Assembly (NCBI GenBank): GCA_963717465.1
Contig: OY970340.1
Location: forward strand, 2,368,001 to 2,432,000
Direction: 5' to 3'
Origin: Candidatus Bathyarchaeota archaeon
Lineage (GTDB): Archaea; Thermoproteota; Bathyarchaeia; Bathyarchaeales; Bathycorpusculaceae
Length of the DNA stretch: 64,000 bases
Part shown: in pieces, positions 62,461-64,000 of the stretch
How positions within the stretch are numbered: position 1 is the stretch's first letter
Layout of the letters: every line of letters starts with the position of its first letter
Made by a program: the position numbers and the translations under genes
The notes under the pieces: generated by a model
What the model was told of the DNA's origin: nothing
Seen by the model: only the letters and a program-made list of their open reading frames with translations
Databases searched by the model: none

Positions 62461-62543
62461 TGCACTGGTGGAGATTTGAGTCCACAACCCGCTAGCGATA
62501 TGGTCCTAAGCCCTACTCCTTTGACCAGACTTAGCGCAGATGC
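62461..62543 (-). pseudogene. degenerate tRNA-Leu(TAG)
   Basis: AAGTCTGGTCAAAGG D-arm, TAGGG-CTTAGGA-CCATA anticodon arm, long variable arm, damaged T-arm (CTCAAAT) and damaged 5' acceptor strand. Confidence 0.7.
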
Positions 62544-62574
62544 AGTCTCCCAAAAGACCGCCGATGTCGCCAAA

Positions 62575-63348
62575 TCATGAAGTTTGTTCTTCGGCTAATA
62601 ATGCTGCTCCTAAAGCGCCGTTTATTTGGGGTTCTGGTGGGGCGAAAACTTTGTATCCAAGAATTTTTTCAAGGGTCATTTTCATTCCCAAACTTTTTGC
62701 TACACCGCCAGTGAAAATCACGTCATTTTGCAATCCAACTTGTTTTGCCATTCCCAGCATGCGTTTAGAAATAGCTTCATACAGGCCTGCAACTATGACC
62801 TCGCGTTTTTCTCCTTGGGCTATTAACGAGACAACCTCTGACTCTGCGAAGACCGTGCACATGCTGCTGATTATCGCTGCTCGTTCAGCGGAAGCTGCCA
62901 GTTCACTAAGCGATTGAATAGCAGTATCCAAGGTCCTAGCCATGACTTCCAGAAACCTTCCTGTCCCAGCAGCACATTTATCATTCATCAAAAAATTGCT
63001 TATCCGTCCATCCTCGTCAAGGCTGATCACTTTGCTGTCTTGTCCTCCAATGTCAATGATCGTTCGGGCGCTTGGAAAAAGGTGCCTTGCACCCTTAGCA
63101 TGCGCTGTAATCTCGGTAACAACACTGTTCGAAAAATCAATATTCCTTCGACCATAACCAGTTGAAATTATCCTGGTCAAGTCAGAACGAGTGATGTTCG
63201 CGGCAGCCAAGGACTTGTTTAAGGCGTTTTCGGAAGCAGCCTTGACGTTTGCGCCTGTATTAACGATTGAATAGGCTAAGGTTTCTTTGTTCTTGAGAAT
63301 GACGGCTTTTGTCGCTGCTGCTCCTGCATCGATTCCTGCGAAAAACAA
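62575..63348 (-). CDS. 2-hydroxyacyl-CoA dehydratase activase (ASKHA ATPase)
   Basis: STGYGR, IDIGGQDSK, MNDKCAAGTG, SSMCTVFAESE, GGVA. Confidence 0.92.
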   Translation of the reverse strand: MFFAGIDAGAAATKAVILKNKETLAYSIVNTGANVKAASENALNKSLAAANITRSDLTRIISTGYGRRNIDFSNSVVTEITAHAKGARHLFPSARTIIDIGGQDSKVISLDEDGRISNFLMNDKCAAGTGRFLEVMARTLDTAIQSLSELAASAERAAIISSMCTVFAESEVVSLIAQGEKREVIVAGLYEAISKRMLGMAKQVGLQNDVIFTGGVAKSLGMKMTLEKILGYKVFAPPEPQINGALGAALLAEEQTS

Positions 63349-63379
63349 TTATGCTCTATCCAAAAAAGGGATTGATTGG

Positions 63380-64000
63380 TTATTTTTTAGTTTGGATCAT
63401 TTCTATAAATGCGTCGATGCGTGTGCGGATTTGTTCTGCGTCTTCCATAGTGTAGTCTGTTTCAATTTTTAGCATTGGTAAGCCTAATGCTTTCATTTCT
63501 TTTGCTACTTTGATAGCTTCGATATTGTATGTGTGGCAGAATTGCAGCGTGTAGTACAGCATGCCGTCTGCGTGGAATTGTTTGGCTAAATTCTTAACGC
63601 TAACTAAACGTGAATCGTTTGGAGTGAAGCAAGCGCAGGGAATTTTGGAGTATTTTTCAACGAGAGCTTTTAGCAAATCGTTAAGGGTGTTGCCTTTTGG
63701 CTCGACTAAGTCTGTGAAGTATCTTGTTCCTGTGCAGCTTTCTTCAACTACGATGGAAGCGCCTGCAGATTCAGCAATGCTGTGCACTTTCCAGTTAGGA
63801 ATCGCCATTGGACATCCCGAAAGGGCAAGTCGCGGTGCAGTCTTGCTTGTTACGCCTTCACCTTTCTTGACTCTTTGCTCAAGTTCATCGCACAGTTCAT
63901 TAACTTTGCTCGTGAAGCGTTTGGCATCATCGTAGAAACTTATCTGCATAACTATCAAAGCATCCAACCCGCTGATTGGCGAGGGAATATTTTTTCTCAA
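63380..64000 (-). CDS. 2-hydroxyacyl-CoA dehydratase/double-cubane-type subunit (partial, runs off the window)
   Basis: SGCP, EESCTG.RY, CACFTPN, LQFCHTY, IETDY, TRIDAF; upstream of the activase. Confidence 0.85.
   Translation of the reverse strand: MRKNIPSPISGLDALIVMQISFYDDAKRFTSKVNELCDELEQRVKKGEGVTSKTAPRLALSGCPMAIPNWKVHSIAESAGASIVVEESCTGTRYFTDLVEPKGNTLNDLLKALVEKYSKIPCACFTPNDSRLVSVKNLAKQFHADGMLYYTLQFCHTYNIEAIKVAKEMKALGLPMLKIETDYTMEDAEQIRTRIDAFIEMIQTKK

Overview
AT-rich archaeal chromosome segment. Gene content suggests Bathyarchaeia, though this is inference. Housekeeping genes (pyrH, tyrS, cca, thpR, class II HMG-CoA reductase, alkA) alternate with accessory DNA. Highlights: (1) A Mo/W-bisPGD (DMSO reductase superfamily, acetylene-hydratase-like) gene at 8586-10883, split into two ORFs in the track, is one reading frame. 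Its single in-frame UGA (codon 144) falls at the expected metal-ligand Cys and is followed by a strong hairpin resembling a bacterial-type SECIS, so it is a candidate archaeal selenoprotein with bacterial-style recoding. (2) A ~15 kb element (29254-44299) is integrated at the 5' end of tRNA-His. It encodes a tyrosine integrase, a D5/P4-type SF3 helicase containing iteron-like repeats, and a tail-hub/adhesin-like protein, but no recognisable capsid, portal or terminase. Two older relics follow it, each with an att copy and a decayed integrase 3' end. (3) Three soluble MCP-like chemoreceptor paralogues are present; two share a 563-bp apparently perfect inverted repeat. Also present: an IS110 remnant with a structured 3' non-coding end, a 129-bp MITE, a structured possibly tnpB-derived RNA-like tract, a degenerate tRNA-Leu and two VapBC-type modules. 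All alignments and folds were done by eye.
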